A stretch of 51,363 bases of DNA, counting the filler, from Sphacelaria rigidula (taxonomy: Eukaryota), in NCBI GenBank assembly GCA_964200075.2. It is 4 parts of 4 records of this genome, joined end to end, with 100 filler letters (N's around TTAATTAATTAA, not from the genome) between each part and the next. Parts side by side here need not be neighbours in the genome. Positions count along the whole stretch, not along the records: positions 1 to 12,767 come from CAXNAA020003432.1; positions 12,868 to 25,633 come from CAXNAA020003433.1; 2 more parts are not named here. One strand, written 5' to 3'. The notes under the pieces were generated by a model that was not told the DNA's origin, did no database searches, and worked only from the letters and a program-made list of their open reading frames with translations. How positions within the stretch are numbered: position 1 is the first letter of the stretch; every line of letters starts with the position of its first letter. Both the position numbers and the translations under genes were made by a program. Below, one piece after another: positions 1-13,721 of this stretch.

Positions 1-527
1 CGCCTTGTGAACATGACCACATATATAGTAGGGTACATTTATTCCCGAGTTTCCCCCGAGCACCACGTGTCAGTGTTATCAACTAGGTTTTACCATAGGA
101 TGGTGACCCCAAAAAAACGGGGGATGGGAGGTCGGACCTATATAAAATGCAAGTAAATCATGAAAAAACATCGGGAATCCGAGCCCTGACTACTGGGGCT
201 TTCTTTTGCTTCATCAGCTTTTTTGTGGGCCAGGGACAGGGTACACCAACTTTGCAGTGACATCACCCCCGGCGACAGCTCCCCTCAACTGGTCGTTCAG
301 ATGTGGTCGATAAATTTCGCCTCGCCGTGATAAGGCAGGTCTCTCTCAGACTTGTTCATTATTATTTTACTAATACATGGTGAACCCTTTGTTGATGAGC
401 TTCAGTCCCAAAAAATTTCACATACTGTCATAGAACTGAGTTCTTGTTTTGTTTTCCCTTTTTTCATGACATACGCACAAAAAGTAATTTTTTTCTTACC
501 GGAATCCAACGATGATGATAACAAAAG

Positions 528-3500
528 GGTGAAGACGCGTTGAGGACTGGCGAGTGGGTAATGAGCAAGGACGAACGGTACGACGGGCAGGAATCGCGAG
601 TGAGGATTGAACCGTGTGATCTCGAAGGAGGGCCTTTTTACGGGGCGGACAGGGGCATTCTGCTGGAAAAATCACACAAGCACTACGGCCTCGGCGCCAG
701 CTTCGACAAGCCGATCGACAACCATGGCAAGGTGGGCGCTTGATCCGACTCTAACTCATGATACAATGGAACGTTCCCTGCATCCGCGCTCACATGTTGT
801 TCTGCTGTTTGGTGCCTGCATATGAGTGCTGCGTCATGGGATCACTCGGCCGTTGCGGCTATCGTACAGGAGATCACATTTGTTCAATACATTGATCTCA
901 ACTTGTTTAGGTTTGTGCCTCGTCATTTGTGAGCTTTTCGAAGCTCGCCCGGTTCCACCGCGCTCGGTTTCGACGTATTGCAGAGAGTCAAACGATAGTG
1001 CTAATGGGACGTAAACACACATATCAAGAAGACGAAACAGGAAGAATGGCGATGATTGGCAATCGCCAGGAGTTGGTGGTAGCCTTTCCTTGGTAATTTA
1101 GTCACCCTCAGCTGTGTAGTCATCAAGTACATGAGGATCGCGAGCGTTTGTCCCTCGACTGTGTAGCGCATCGTTGCAGAGCACCAAGGCGGCAGTGCGA
1201 CCGAAGGGGTGGATGTCATCACGTACGTATCAAATCGTGCAGCTGTCGCTTCACAAACAGTAACGACTACGGGCACTTCCTGTCTGACTAAACCCGACGG
1301 TATAACTCTTGAGCCGCCGTGAACTCCGTCATACTTGCCGTGGTCGAATATAACCTAGCGTTTTCCTGCTGCCTGGGGGTGGGTGGTGTGCCTCATATGC
1401 CGTCTGGTTTCCGCCGAATGCTCTGTGTTTTCCTTCCATGTGCAGGACCTTGTGATCCAATATGAAGTTCAGATGCGAAACGGCGCCAACTGTGGTGGTG
1501 CCTACATCAAGGTGGGTAGCTAGAGCTCCAAGACCCCCCACCGTGTTGTATCGTCGGGCTCGAAACTCGACTGTCGAAACAAGCGATGTTTAGACCTCGC
1601 CCGAGCGAATTCTGTTGGGCGGTACCAGTTGTAAAGGACAGTGTGGGTGCTATTGTTCAACGTAACGACTACCGTAGTAGAGCTGTTGCTGTTGGTGGTG
1701 TGGGTCGGGGGGGGGGGGGCATTGCTGCTTTTGTCCCTATATTGCGCTACTAATATACTCTTGTGCCTTTGTGTGGTGTGGGTCGGGGGGGGGGTTGCGA
1801 TGCGGCGACGGAATGCTGACGGCGCAGCTCCTGAGGGGAGAGGCAGGCGCGGACATGACTCAACTCAAGAGCGACAGCCCCTACTCCATCATGTTTGGTC
1901 CCGACAAGTGCTTCCGGGAAACCAATAAGGTACAGTTAGGAAGACCTCGTTTATCTTGGCAAGGGTTTTGCATGTTGTTGGAGGATCGGAGAATAATGGC
2001 CACGTCACCAGATACAGGACAACGCGCTGGTCATGCTAACTGGTGCATTTCTCGCGTGTATGTGTGTGAGCGTGTGTTGCGGATGCCGCTGAGTCCCGCG
2101 GACCGAGGGTGTGGCTCTTAGGTGGCGAGGTCTAGCGGTGAAAAGGGCGGTGAAGCCGCAGTGCCGCAGCAGACCCGACAAGTCGCCAATTGATGACGAA
2201 TCTAATCCCCCGAGTGAAGTCCGGGGTCAACAGTTCGTCCGCCCAATGGCTGACGTCAGGGTCGTGGTTAACACCACCCGTCGATAAAGAACGTCCAGCT
2301 AGTTCAAAATTCGCTTGACCGGAAAGATCGATCAATCAGGACGCTGCCGGCCTCTTCTCTCACTTCCCACGGGTGACTGTCGATACCCGCGTGCCGCTAC
2401 CTGTGTGCAGTCTCATGTTCTCCGGCAGTGAAAACAATTTTTTCATCTGTCAATTCCCAAACGCGACAGGTGGGAAAACTTACCTGTACTATCGTACATC
2501 ATACTGCTTTTCCTGCACTCGTTTCTCTGGTCGACTGTGATTCCAAGTTCGGAACTGTCGCTTGCGAACGACATGCATCGTGAAAGTCTGCCCTTTGTCC
2601 TCACATATGCATGAAATGCTCAATGTCTCCCGCCCCCCCCGCTTATCTTCCTCCTCTCTCTCTTTACAGGTGCACTTTATCTTTCAACACCAGAGCCCCG
2701 TGACGAAGGAATGGGAGGAGAAACACTTGAAGGACGCTCCCAAGGTGATGCGTGTTGTGTGAAAACCCCGCCCAATCAGTCCCCGTGTACTACGCACATT
2801 CTTCAAAGCCAGGGCCTCATTTGTACACTTCCCACGTTTTCATGTGGCAGTGGCCAGTCTAGAAATACCACCCGATTCGGCTGACAAGAACTGGTGGAGT
2901 CATTGAGAAGTCCGCGACGTGACTGTATTTTCCGAGAAAATTCTGAGGAATCTTGGACATGCGGAAAACCCGTGTCCAAAATACAGTGGTGATTGGTAAC
3001 CAGAGGAAACGGCGTGGGTTTTTGCTCGTGTTTGCGAGAGCCTGCCATCAGCAAAGTACCTTTTCATTTTTCCGTTGGATGTTCGAGGTTCATTTCTCGG
3101 GACCACTTCCGACTAGAATCTGAAAAAAAGGCGCAAATTTCAAACCGGACGGGATATATTGAAAAAGTCGTCGTGATTTGCGAGGTATGGGCGCGGCTCT
3201 CGGAAGCTGGGAAGCGGTGTAGTTCGGCTGCTGCAGGTTCATTATGAAAGTGTCGAGAGAGCTAAGACACAACTAACTGTGTTTAGTTACAGCCGTAGAT
3301 TTGGCGTTGTAAGGCTGTTGGCCATGTGGTTCACGTGCACCCATCGTTCTATGAGAAATGTGGTAAACTTGACGAGAATACAGCAAGAGTTTCACGCTAT
3401 TGTGATAAACTGTTCCGAAAATGCATGAAACCTCGTACAGCCCAGGAAAGGGCACCAGCACGTCGGGTGTAACTCTGCCGTACATGACTGGGGTTTTTTC

Positions 3501-6500
3501 TATTTGTAGATGTCAACCTTCGAGCGCGGGATTTTCACCGTCGATCGGTTGTGTGGAACTAAGCATGGCGAGGGGAATATCCTGCAGTTTGGAGAAACTT
3601 TTCCGGCAGGAGAAAATGCTTGAAAAATTGTGCAACCTGGAAGAGGGCAAGTGCGTAGGTGGAACTCCATGGAACATGACCGGAGTTCTGTTCGCCGAAC
3701 CAGAGTTCTGAGCGCACTATTTTCACCGTTGTTCGCTTACGTGAGAACAAAATTCGATTGAGAGCTGTACAGTTTTTGATTGATTGATTGATTCATTCAT
3801 TCATTCATTAATTGTCGCACTTTAACTGACCCCCCAGGGATCCAGCTGTTGTCACATGATATTTTGTTCCTCTATGTATCAAATTCGGTGTCGTATAGTG
3901 GATTCGTGTGTCATGCATCAAAATACGGAACACTTACATGTGCAGGTTTAACAAGGACCACTGCTGGCGTTTTTGGGGGGGGGCAATAATGGTTGGTCCA
4001 CCGGTTCCACGGAGGTGTAAAAAGTAAAGTTCACGCTTTGCCTGTCATCGAAATAGATTCTAGAAGCACACGGTGAACCTATTTGATGGCCTGCAGGACT
4101 GCCTCGCTTTTTTTTTTGCCTTGCCTTGCCGGGTATAACAGATGTTTTGGAGAGGGGGATACCAAAGGAAGGACATGAAGTTTGCCCAAATGTGAACATA
4201 CCCCCTCCCACCCCCAATACAAAAAACAAACGCAGATCAAGGACGACGAAGGATTCCACGTGTACACGCTGCACGTCAAGGCGGATAACACGTTCGACAT
4301 CTACATCGATGCGGAGAAGGCGTCATCGGGCAACCTGTTGGAGGACTTCGAACCTTCCGTCAACCCGGACAGGGAGATCCCTGATCCCGAGGACGAACAA
4401 CCCGACGACTGGGTCACCCAGGTACGTCATCGCTTCCTGCGTCTTGTATGTTCACAAGTGAGTGATTGTTATCCATTGTCGACCGCATGTCTTCCCCTGA
4501 TCTCATCATGACGAACGTCGCTTTCAAGCGACGGCGCTACGAGCTGGCCCAGCCAAGAGTAGGTGTGAATCTCGCTCAGGCGACGCACGGCGCGATATTA
4601 GGAGTTGGACGCTGAAATTTTGACAGCAGTTTTTTATGATCGAAATGCGAAAAGATCACGTGAGCAGCAAAGAAAAAAAAGAAGTTATGGGCATTTGAAA
4701 TTTCAGCAAAAACAAGATAATGTAATCGTAAGTCCAGGAAAAAAAGGAGAATCTGCAGCTGCTCACGTGAAGTATGAGTTCCTTGGGTGCAGAAGGTTTA
4801 CCGGAAATTTCAGCTCAAGAGTCGTCGAATTGGGCCACGCGTTCAATATTTTCCGTGACGCTGCTGCACCCCTGTATATCAAGTGATGGGAGACATCAAT
4901 ATGGAGGTCATGAGTTCGAATCCCGACATATGCTATTTTTTTTTCGTCCGTCGTTGAGGTCATACATTATGCAGTATATTTAGCTTCATTTTTTTTTTCA
5001 TTCAACAGCGGTGCCGTGTGTTCCCAGGTTGGTCTACACTTCACAGTGATACGCTTACATCGGGTTCATTCGGGAAACTGGGAGAACTGTGGTGTGAGCA
5101 ACTTTTAGCCGCTTTCAAGCTGGCCCAGCTCGTATCGAGGACCCCCTCCTGTTTTACCCCAGCTTGAGGAACCCCCGCTTGCTATACGCACGCGGCGGGT
5201 GCTGGAAGTCGACCTTCCACCTCCTACGTATTGTCATTCAGCGCTGCAGCACCACACCTGCCCCGCGCATGCCTGGTCGTGTTATTATTTGCCCCTCATG
5301 TGTATTTATTGGTTCTGAAGTTTTTGGGTCCTCCTCTAGCTCTCGAGGATGTGCGTCCGTTGAATCATCAGCTCGTGTTCTCGCGCCTCGTTTGTTTTGC
5401 TGTCTTCCGTGCTGTATCTGGCAGCAAAGAATTCCTGACCCCAATGCGAAGAAGCCGGACGATTGGGACGAGACTGCCCCGCGTAAAATTGTAGACGAGG
5501 TAGGCCGACGGTGAACTGATATATCCTGCTTGGTTGTTTGTTTCATTGCTTGATAAACTGAATCGCATTATTCATGATTCGTGTGTCTGACACGAGCTAT
5601 TGCGATACACAACTTCAGCCATGGTAACAAAATAGATGTATGAAACTCAAAAGTGCGGTGGGATGAACGGGGGAGATGCTCGGTCGAACAACGCTCGAAG
5701 GTGAAGCCGCACCCGATTGGATCTTGAGAAATCGAGTCAGAGCGATGCAATCGCGGTTGAAAAATATTCGACATCATCGGCGGCAATCTCGCGGGCGTTC
5801 CGCGACAGCGAATATATCTCCCGGGGATCATAGGGTAACATGGCGGCCAGAACACTGTTTTCACAAAATATATTTTTGCGGGGGTTTGATCCCATGGGGA
5901 CAGAGTCTGGCAACGATGACCAAAGAGGTGTTGAGGCTCTGGATGTTCAGCACGTGTTGGTTGGACCTCCTGATCGTGGAAGAGGCGAAGAGAAGAGTCT
6001 TTGCGCGGTAGCCAGCTGCGTTTATTATCTTCGTGCCAGAGGACTAATTTGCAGCGAGACTCTCGGAATGATGTTATATACTCGAAGGGAACACGAGAAA
6101 CGTGACTGGGAACAGCACTGCGTGCCCTTGAACATGTGTACATAATTATCAACATATTTTATTGGTCCCTGGGATCAATAACCTTCCGGGTTCGAAAGAG
6201 TATTGGTTGTGTCCACCAATGAGGTATCAGGAACCCCATCTGTTGAGGCGTCCTGTCCAATCGTGGGGTATTGATCGCTTTGGTGAGTGTACAGTAGCGG
6301 GCGGTCTAACTGTTCATTTTGTGGCATTTTGTGATTTTTTCGTAATTGGCGATTTTCTTGGGCTCTTTTTGCTCGCCACCGCTGATCACATTGCGGGTCT
6401 GAACATATTTGTATCCGCTCCACATTCCAAGAAAAAAACTTCATATATACTCAATATTGAGTGACTTACGGGCTGACCGGTCATCGGGGGTCCTGCCACG

Positions 6501-9500
6501 TTTCAGCCCAGATTCTTACTCTTCGGTATTTTCGGTCAATCGAGCCTGTCCCGATCATATTTGTGAAGAAATGTACAGTTTTTTTTCCTACCTACTCATT
6601 GCACTAGAGCCGACAAACTGTGTTTCACGGTCAATAACACCCTTCTGATAAACGGGGTATTCACTCGTATCGCCCGATACTACCAACTAACACTGACTTG
6701 AGCACTGTGTTTCGACGATGATATGCTTTTTGTAACAATATCTACCGACGCTAGCAATTTCAAGCTCTATCGAAGAGTAGTGCGCGGGGAAAACCCCCAA
6801 AACCCCTAAATAGTTAGACCGCCCACTGCTGTAGCTCGAAAAGTTTCCGGTAAATCTAAAAGCAAAATATGATAATTTTGTCGCCATCGACCGTATCCCC
6901 TGTAGCCCCAGCTGTGCAGATGGCCTGTCGGTGGCCTGCCTATTTTGGGGGTCCGGAGTAGTTGTTCTGACGGAAGACACAACGCCTACTTTGAAATAGG
7001 GGAGTCTGGACCTGCCGGGCTGTTGCCACCCACACATGTATCCGTGTAGTGGTTAGTACAGTACAGAGCTATTTACCGTACATTTCCACTGGGTTGGTGG
7101 AGACCACTATGAGAGGTGACCATGCCATCACCGCATGTGATACCGGCATGTATGAAGGTTTTTCAATTCGTAGCCTGTACGGGCGCGCCGCTGAGAGAGT
7201 AATCGCGGCGGTCAGACGACGCCCCCAAAACTCCAACCTGCGTGCTCAACCATGAACGAACACAAGGTGCTAAACTTGCTTGACTCCACAAAAAAGTTTG
7301 CATTTCTGTGTATCTCGTCGCCTAGGGGGCGTGAGAGAGCTATGAACGCACAGAAGTGCCATCCTCCAAATGTCCACGAGAGTGCCAGGCCGTACCGTAT
7401 TCTCCCAACAGGAAGCATTGGGCCCTAAATTAAGGGTCAAAACAAGCGGCCCCTTGTTTTCCATTCTTTTTTTGTGTAGGGTTTCTTGGTGAGGTACTTA
7501 TACTCTGGGTGATTTCGCGCAGCATCTTTGTTCACCTGCCCCCTGCGCCCATTTTCCCCCTCTACGGCTGGCTCCGTCGCGGGCAAATATGCTGTTGTAG
7601 CGCAGGTGCATTTTGCCCTAGTGCCCGTCAGAACAGTACTGTGAAGTACGAGCATTTTTTCCATCTGTTGCTGCTGCTGCTACTGCTGCTGCTGTCGTCA
7701 TCGCTGTGTCCACGTGTAATACATGGCGCGGGACTGTCCCGATGCGGACCTTTACAAGACATAGCTCAATTCTTATATGTTTATCTCGGTGCTGTGCATT
7801 GCTTGAATACATACACACAGTCGGCGGAGATGCCTAAAACATGGCTGGAGGACGCCGAGGAGTACATCCCTGAACCAGGTGTCGTCAAACCTCAAGACTG
7901 GGATGACGAGGAGGATGGAGAGTGGGAGCCCGTGATGGTGAGGATGCGTTGACCTCGTCTCTTGCGTAGGGGGCACAGTAGGAGGAACATATCATTCACC
8001 GGGCACACACTGTGGGGTGCACGCGTGCACTCTGAGTTATTGGGCACGACAGGACCAGATGATCCGTGGAGGCGGGTTTGCATGAGTTCTCTACCATAAT
8101 TCATGGTTGACAAGTGCATCCTAACGTTAACCTCAAGCCTAGCACCACTCCAAGGGATGCTGAGAGGCTGTGAGCAGGGGGGGCTAGGGGGTATCCAAGG
8201 TGAGCAAAAAAGTGTGTGTGCAAGTTGGCAGGGCTCAGAGCGAAGATGCGTGAAGCGCAGGCTGGCGAGCAGAGTGGACTGTCAGCCCCACTAAAAATCA
8301 AAATCTTGGGGACAACTTTGATCGTTAAGTACGTGTGGAGCGCAAGTTATTGACGGAAAAATATCGAGTAGAACTCTGCTGCATCCATGGGTTCCACTGT
8401 GTAAGATGTGCTGGCCTTGTGTCATGGGACTGAACAGAATCGTTGGTTCATTCGGTTGTACAGAAGTATGCCGGTATAGTGCGCGTGTTGCTGAAAGCTG
8501 TCTAGAAGAGGTCAAGATCGATGATTGGCTGTATACAACAAACACATCATTGTTGTCTCTAAAGCAGTCTGTGGGTCATTGACCGCGCCTTTTCTCCTGC
8601 TCCATTAAAGAAATACAGTGAATATGGCTCATTGACCATCGCGCATTGGACCAGCTCTACCGAAGTTGGTCTACTTTTACCGATCTTCGTATTGACTCAA
8701 GTCCTCACCAATTCCACGACAGTAGCTAGGAATATGAACCATAACTGTTGATATTCAAACCGCACTACTGCTACTCCGCCCCATATGTCCAACGACGTAC
8801 CGCGTTGACTACTGGGTCGCCGCCGTTTTTTTGGCAGTACAAGCACACATATCCTTGGTACTTCCCTGCCCTGGACAGGTAGCCTCGATGTTCTGTCTTG
8901 TCTCACAGTACTGGATTGAATAATGACTCGGTGAAAATATGTACAGCGGGTAAGGTCGAGATAACCCATCTCGTGAGAAAGAAGGTCGGGGATGTCACGT
9001 CAAAATAGTACGGCTTGTACGACGAAGCCCGCGGTTCGTGCTCGTACGTGCCTCGTGTCTATTTGGTTCATTGGTTGATTGATTGAAGTGTCGCACGTCC
9101 AACATGGAGCAGATGTACCCGCATGACTTCGACACATCTTGAGGTTCATTGTCCTGCTATGTTGTCCTCTCCCGCTGTGTACACAATGTGCGTTTTAGGT
9201 GCCGAACCCGGCGTGCGTGGAAGCGGCCGGTTGCGGCAAGTGGGAGAAGCCCCTGATATCCAACCCAGACTACAAGGGGAAATGGAGGGCGCCTATGATC
9301 GACAACCCGAAGTACAAGGGAACCTGGGAACCGAAGAAGATTCCGGTATGTTGGAGCAGAAGAAGCGATTGAGGCAAGCGCTTGGATGGTTGGTTGCGGT
9401 GTGGGGAGGAGGGGCCCAGAGAAGAAGTATTCGTTTGAGGCTTTCTACGATAGCCCCCCCCCCCGAAACCAGCCAAAAGTGTCACGAAAAAAAGGCCATA

Positions 9501-10339
9501 CAGCGCCTGATGTTTCGGTTCAGGCTGCATGAGGCGCCTCATATTGGCGACATTGGCTAGAACGAACCCAAGCGTGGGAATTCCCAGCTGCTCGTTGTGC
9601 TCGGCTTTTCCCACTTCGATTTACGTTAAGATTTTGCCTCCGAAAATCATACACTTTTTTTTGGGGGGGGGGGCTATCGTAGACAGTATCGTTTGCCTCC
9701 GCGGAAGTGCTTGTAATCGTGGAAATCGTTGTACCCTTCCAACAGGGGGATATTCGTCCAATCAAAGATCACGGTGATGAAATTAAATGCGCGTCTTTGG
9801 AGTGGAAATAAGAAGAACACGTGTGCGTGTGTTTAGAGAGAAGTGTTCCAGACTGTCCATCGGATTTCTCCCTCTCTCTCTCTGTCTCTTCTCGCCGTTG
9901 TGATCGATGACCACCGGGGGGGGGGCGTGGGCGCAGAGAGAGATCGTTCTGTATAGGGGATGTGTGTAAGGACCAAAGCACCCGGATACGGGGCGATGGC
10001 AGTGTTCCGAATTCTCACCCGTTGCGTTTCGTTCGTCAGTTTAAATATGCCCATTTACGGGCACACTCGTCAGAAGTGGTGAAATGACCCAGTGTCATGT
10101 GTCTGACCATCAGTAGTAAGAAGACACAAATCAATGTCGAACGGGGTGGCGTACCACGAGGATATTTAGAGAGGGTGTTCACATTCCTCTTATCTCATGA
10201 TTGATTTTGCCGTGAAGTGATGAGCACACCCACCGCCTCCGCTGTTCGGGATTCGCCGTCATCCGCCTCGCCGTATCCCGTACATATCATATGTACACAC
10301 TACACCGCGGGTCTCGCTCATTTCTTCTACATGCGTTAG

Positions 10340-10391
<52 letters not shown>

Positions 10392-11419
10392 CCCGCCCTG
10401 CGCNNNNNNNNNNCCCCCCCCTGCTCCCACCCATAATCATTTTTCGCCCCCCCCCCCCGGCGCTCTCCTTTTTTTCTTCCCTTCCGGGCCCCCCCCCCCC
10501 CCCCCCCCCCCCCCACCTCGGCTTCGTGAACGAAGGTGGCATGAAATCGTCTGATGCATTAGACAGTAACGAAAAAACGATGGCTATACTAGGAGATGAA
10601 TGGTGGCCACAGACGACGAAACAGGATGGGGATAAGATATATAAAACGTTTTTGTGTGATGTATGGAAGAAACGTAATGAGCACCCAAGTGTTGAAGGTG
10701 CCTCTAGTAGGAGTAGGAACAGTGCTCCGTCTCCGTCTCGAAAGGGATGCGTGTTCAATGGCCAAACGACTAAGGCAAGCAATAAATGAGTACGACGCCC
10801 CCCCCGACCCCCCCCCCCCCCCCCCCCCCCCCCCAGAGAGCCCTGCGGTGGGGGGGATGTGCAATCTTTTCCCCCCCCCCCACGTACCTTGTGACGACCC
10901 CCTCGGAATGAGTCCGTAGTATGGAGGAATGGATCTATCTCTCCACCCGTACATGGCTAACTTGGCACTTCGTAACCTGGCATTGGATCATTAATTTTAC
11001 TACAGGCGAACAACCGCTGCCAATTAATGCCTTAAAACTATCTCGAAATGGGCACCCATCTATTTTTGTCACTCTTCAGGTACTGGGGTACTACACAGTA
11101 CACTCGAGCGTTGGACTGAGATTCTTTCGAAATGTGCCTACCCCACTACCCCAACTCGCTGAGTCGCTTGTACCTTTGTTGATCCTTCTCCACAAAGCAC
11201 TTGCCGCGAACACAAGCCATAATCCATAATCCCAACCTCTTCGAGTCCTCGAGGTCCTTCCTGACCGTTCTTGCCCATTGCTCCGTGCTACTCCCTGCAC
11301 TATCTACCCTTGAATACCCGTTCCTTCCTATGCAGAACCCCAACTTCTTTGAGGACCCCCACCCGTCGAACATGGCGCCAATGACCGGCCTCGCCGTGGA
11401 GATCTGGTCTGTTGATGGG
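528..11419 (+). CDS. CNX: Calnexin (ER lectin chaperone), partial: 9 internal exons at 528-731, 1446-1511, 1828-1929, 2670-2744, 4236-4421, 5425-5499, 7821-7937, 9199-9345 and 11336-11419; signal peptide and C-terminal TM/cytosolic exons not found in the contig
   Basis: The AG/GT-bounded exons splice in frame. They give [57 protein letters not shown]-domain repeats ([61 protein letters not shown]), the calnexin-type P-tip disulfide [13 protein letters not shown], and GLAVEIWS. Confidence 0.95.
4538..5134. mobile_element. Tc1/mariner-like MITE in calnexin intron
   Basis: Inverted ends TACGAGCTGG(C/G)CCAGC at 4538 and 5134; the outer TA may be the TSD; no transposase ORF. Confidence 0.6.
9444..9683. 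mobile_element. MITE with TCTACGATAG-C(n) / G(n)-CTATCGTAGA inverted ends
   Basis: Perfect inverted terminal match including the C and G runs; 240 bp; non-coding; no clear TSD. Confidence 0.55.
10525..10797 (+). mobile_element. 5'-truncated non-LTR retrotransposon (LINE) 3' end embedded in poly-C tracts
   Basis: Encodes [20 protein letters not shown]...[16 protein letters not shown], homologous to the longer ORF2 fragment at 39430-40165; C tracts on both sides. Confidence 0.75.
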
Positions 11420-11741
11420 GTAAGTCGCCTTTGGCGCCGTTCTTGTTCTCGGGACGGTCCGCGACTTCCATGAGCTTTCTTGTGATGCGAGGGGTTTGCA
11501 ACTTGCGACATGTATAGCAGTCGTGTGCTCCGGCCGGGCGGCAAGTGGAACGTCCTTGTTGTCGCTGGTGTTATGTGGTTGTGTGTATTTTCATTGGTAT
11601 TTTTGCAGGGTCTTATCGCACAACTCGTGAAGCTCGTTCGATGATTCCACGGTCAGGACGAATTATCACGGGTTCGAATCACCAATTCCAAAAGCACTTG
11701 TACCCTTTCCTGTACACGGGGGTCGGATTACCTACAAAAGT

Positions 11742-12006
11742 TCCACGGTTAGGACAAATCATCACGACTCTGAATCACCAAATTCACGATTTCTTCGGCC
11801 TCTGATTGCCCAAAAGGGAGAAAAAAAGGTGACCGCTGGTCCAAGGGGTATCCACGCAACTTTTGCGCCAATCCACGTGTCTGGACTGCGTGTACCTGGG
11901 TTGCAACGCTGAAAACAAAGCCTAGGGATTGATTCGTCTGAGTCGAATCAATGGCACTAACACCAGGTAATTTCCAAACGAATCATTGATTTGTCCGAAC
12001 CTTGGA
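11742..12006. mobile_element. MITE (GG-TCGGAC-AAT-type TIR family); a partial duplicate of its left end lies at ~11646-11690
   Basis: Inverted ends TCCACGGTTAGGACAAATC / GATTTGTCCGAACCTTGGA; the internal sequence matches 47637-47893 in reverse orientation. Confidence 0.65.
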
Positions 12007-12767
12007 TGATCCGATGATTCTCTCACGTTGCACGTGGGTGGTATCAATCGTCATGTAAACACACTTTGCTCTCCTCTGGCGCCGGAAGTCTGATTTGTGT
12101 GAACGATCGGGTACTCGAGCTTCGGGCAGGCTTTTTTTGTGTGTTTATGTGTGGGGGTAGGGTCCTGTGTATCTCGTCCATCATGCAAAGCGTGCGTGTT
12201 TTGCACCCTGCTGCTCTGGCGTGGTGTTTGAATCGTTTTTCGCATGGTGTCTGCGTCATTCTCCAAGTGATGAAAGTCATGTGTCTAATGTGTTGCGTTA
12301 ACGATTTGTTGGATTTTCACTTTTTCCGTTGCGGTTTATCTTTGTTGTGTTGTTGGTTTTTTGCCTGTGGTCATGCTCCAGATGTCAATGCAAACGAGAA
12401 GACATGTGGAATTTTTGTCGCTCGATATTTTGTCGTTTTAGAAAAACTAGTGTGTGTGTGATTGCAGGCGGTTATTTGTATCGTTTGTCTGTCGCCGTAA
12501 TTTGGTCGTTGATTCATCTTTTGCTTCGCGTTTTGTTCGCCTATTGCATGACATATTTTTGCCCAGTTGCTCGTGTTTCAGAGAAGGTCACGTCCAGAAA
12601 AGTAACGATGAAATAGCTAAACACTCTGTTGTCAGTTATCGCGCTTGGTTTCTCTTTCCCCTGTCTTTGTTTTTGTTTGCTTTGGACTCCCCCCCCCCCC
12701 CTCCCCCGCGCTCTCCCACTTACCAAACCCTCCACTATCTCACCACCACCCCCCTCCCCCCCCCCCC

Positions 12768-12867
12768 NNNNNNNNNNNNNNNNNNNNNNNNNNNNNNNNN
12801 NNNNNNNNNNNTTAATTAATTAANNNNNNNNNNNNNNNNNNNNNNNNNNNNNNNNNNNNNNNNNNNN
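12768..12867. other. Artificial contig linker (N44-TTAATTAATTAA-N44)
   Basis: All-frame-stop spacer; identical copies at 25634-25733 and 38499-38598. Confidence 0.97.
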
Positions 12868-13119
12868 AACAGTTCGCAAGTTGGGTTGCCCACTTGAGCC
12901 TCAATTCAGAGTTAAACCTCAATTCTCACAATTTGCTGTTATTACTAGGTATCTGAATCACTCGAACATGATCATCTCTGCTATATACAAATCAACACTC
13001 GTATCTGACCAACTCTGAACAGACCTGCAGTCTCAGGTCTTAGAATACCAGAAATGCAATAGCCGGACTCATCAACGGGTCTGAAGTGGCATAACAGGCT
13101 AATATGCGTCCTCATGACA
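12868..13119 (-). repeat. 3' LTR (short form) of the Gypsy element; purine-rich PPT-like GGGTGGGGTAG immediately upstream (13120-13130)
   Basis: Starts TGTCATGAGG on minus. ~12955-13119 matches 24378-24542 closely; 12868-12947 matches 23268-23350 patchily. Confidence 0.8.
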
Positions 13120-13721
13120 CTACCCCACCCAGACGAACCTTTATTATAGCTGCGAGGATTTATCTTCGAGGCAGCGAAACTAAGGTTTTTCTTTACTCGC
13201 AAGGTCATGAGCGGCTAATAAAGCATGCCTAAGAAAACATTCCCGTACCCAACACTCCCGTACCCACTCCCACACCTCAAAAAGGAAGCATATACTGCTT
13301 CGAGGAGCAGAAAAACTGCTTCGAAACGCGGAAGCACAAACTCCTTCTGCGTGCTAGCGATCAACGAAGAAACACAAATTGCTTCGGCGTCCTAGCAAAA
13401 CGAAGGGGGAACACAGGGAGGTACGACAGGGAGCAAAGCTTCAACCTGGGGGAATCCAAGAGAAAAAACGGCAAGATCAGTATGCGACCAACGCATGTTG
13501 GTCGCAAGCAAAATCTGAAAATTGGTGACCCAAAGAGATCGAGCGCCAGCCGGAAGGGGATAGTTCCCGTAGCCGTAGATGGTGGGTGGCTTCAGTAATT
13601 CTTCGATCGTCGTCCGATGTAGGTGGTCCTGTTGTGGATGTCGTAGAGTACGGTCCTACTGAAGAAGGGAAGGCAAACAGTACTACAGGAGGGGGAGAAA
13701 GTTGCAGCGAAGGAGCGTGGT

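Noticed and set aside
4860-4935. tRNA gene
   Set aside because: Only a T-arm/B-box is recognisable; I could not form the acceptor or D stems.
5568-6155. 195-aa intronic ORF and similar short ORFs in calnexin introns
   Set aside because: No recognisable motifs or splice support; probably chance ORFs in repeats.
10259-10554. Poly-Pro / poly-Gly ORFs
   Set aside because: They arise from poly-C tracts around an N gap, with likely low-quality sequence.
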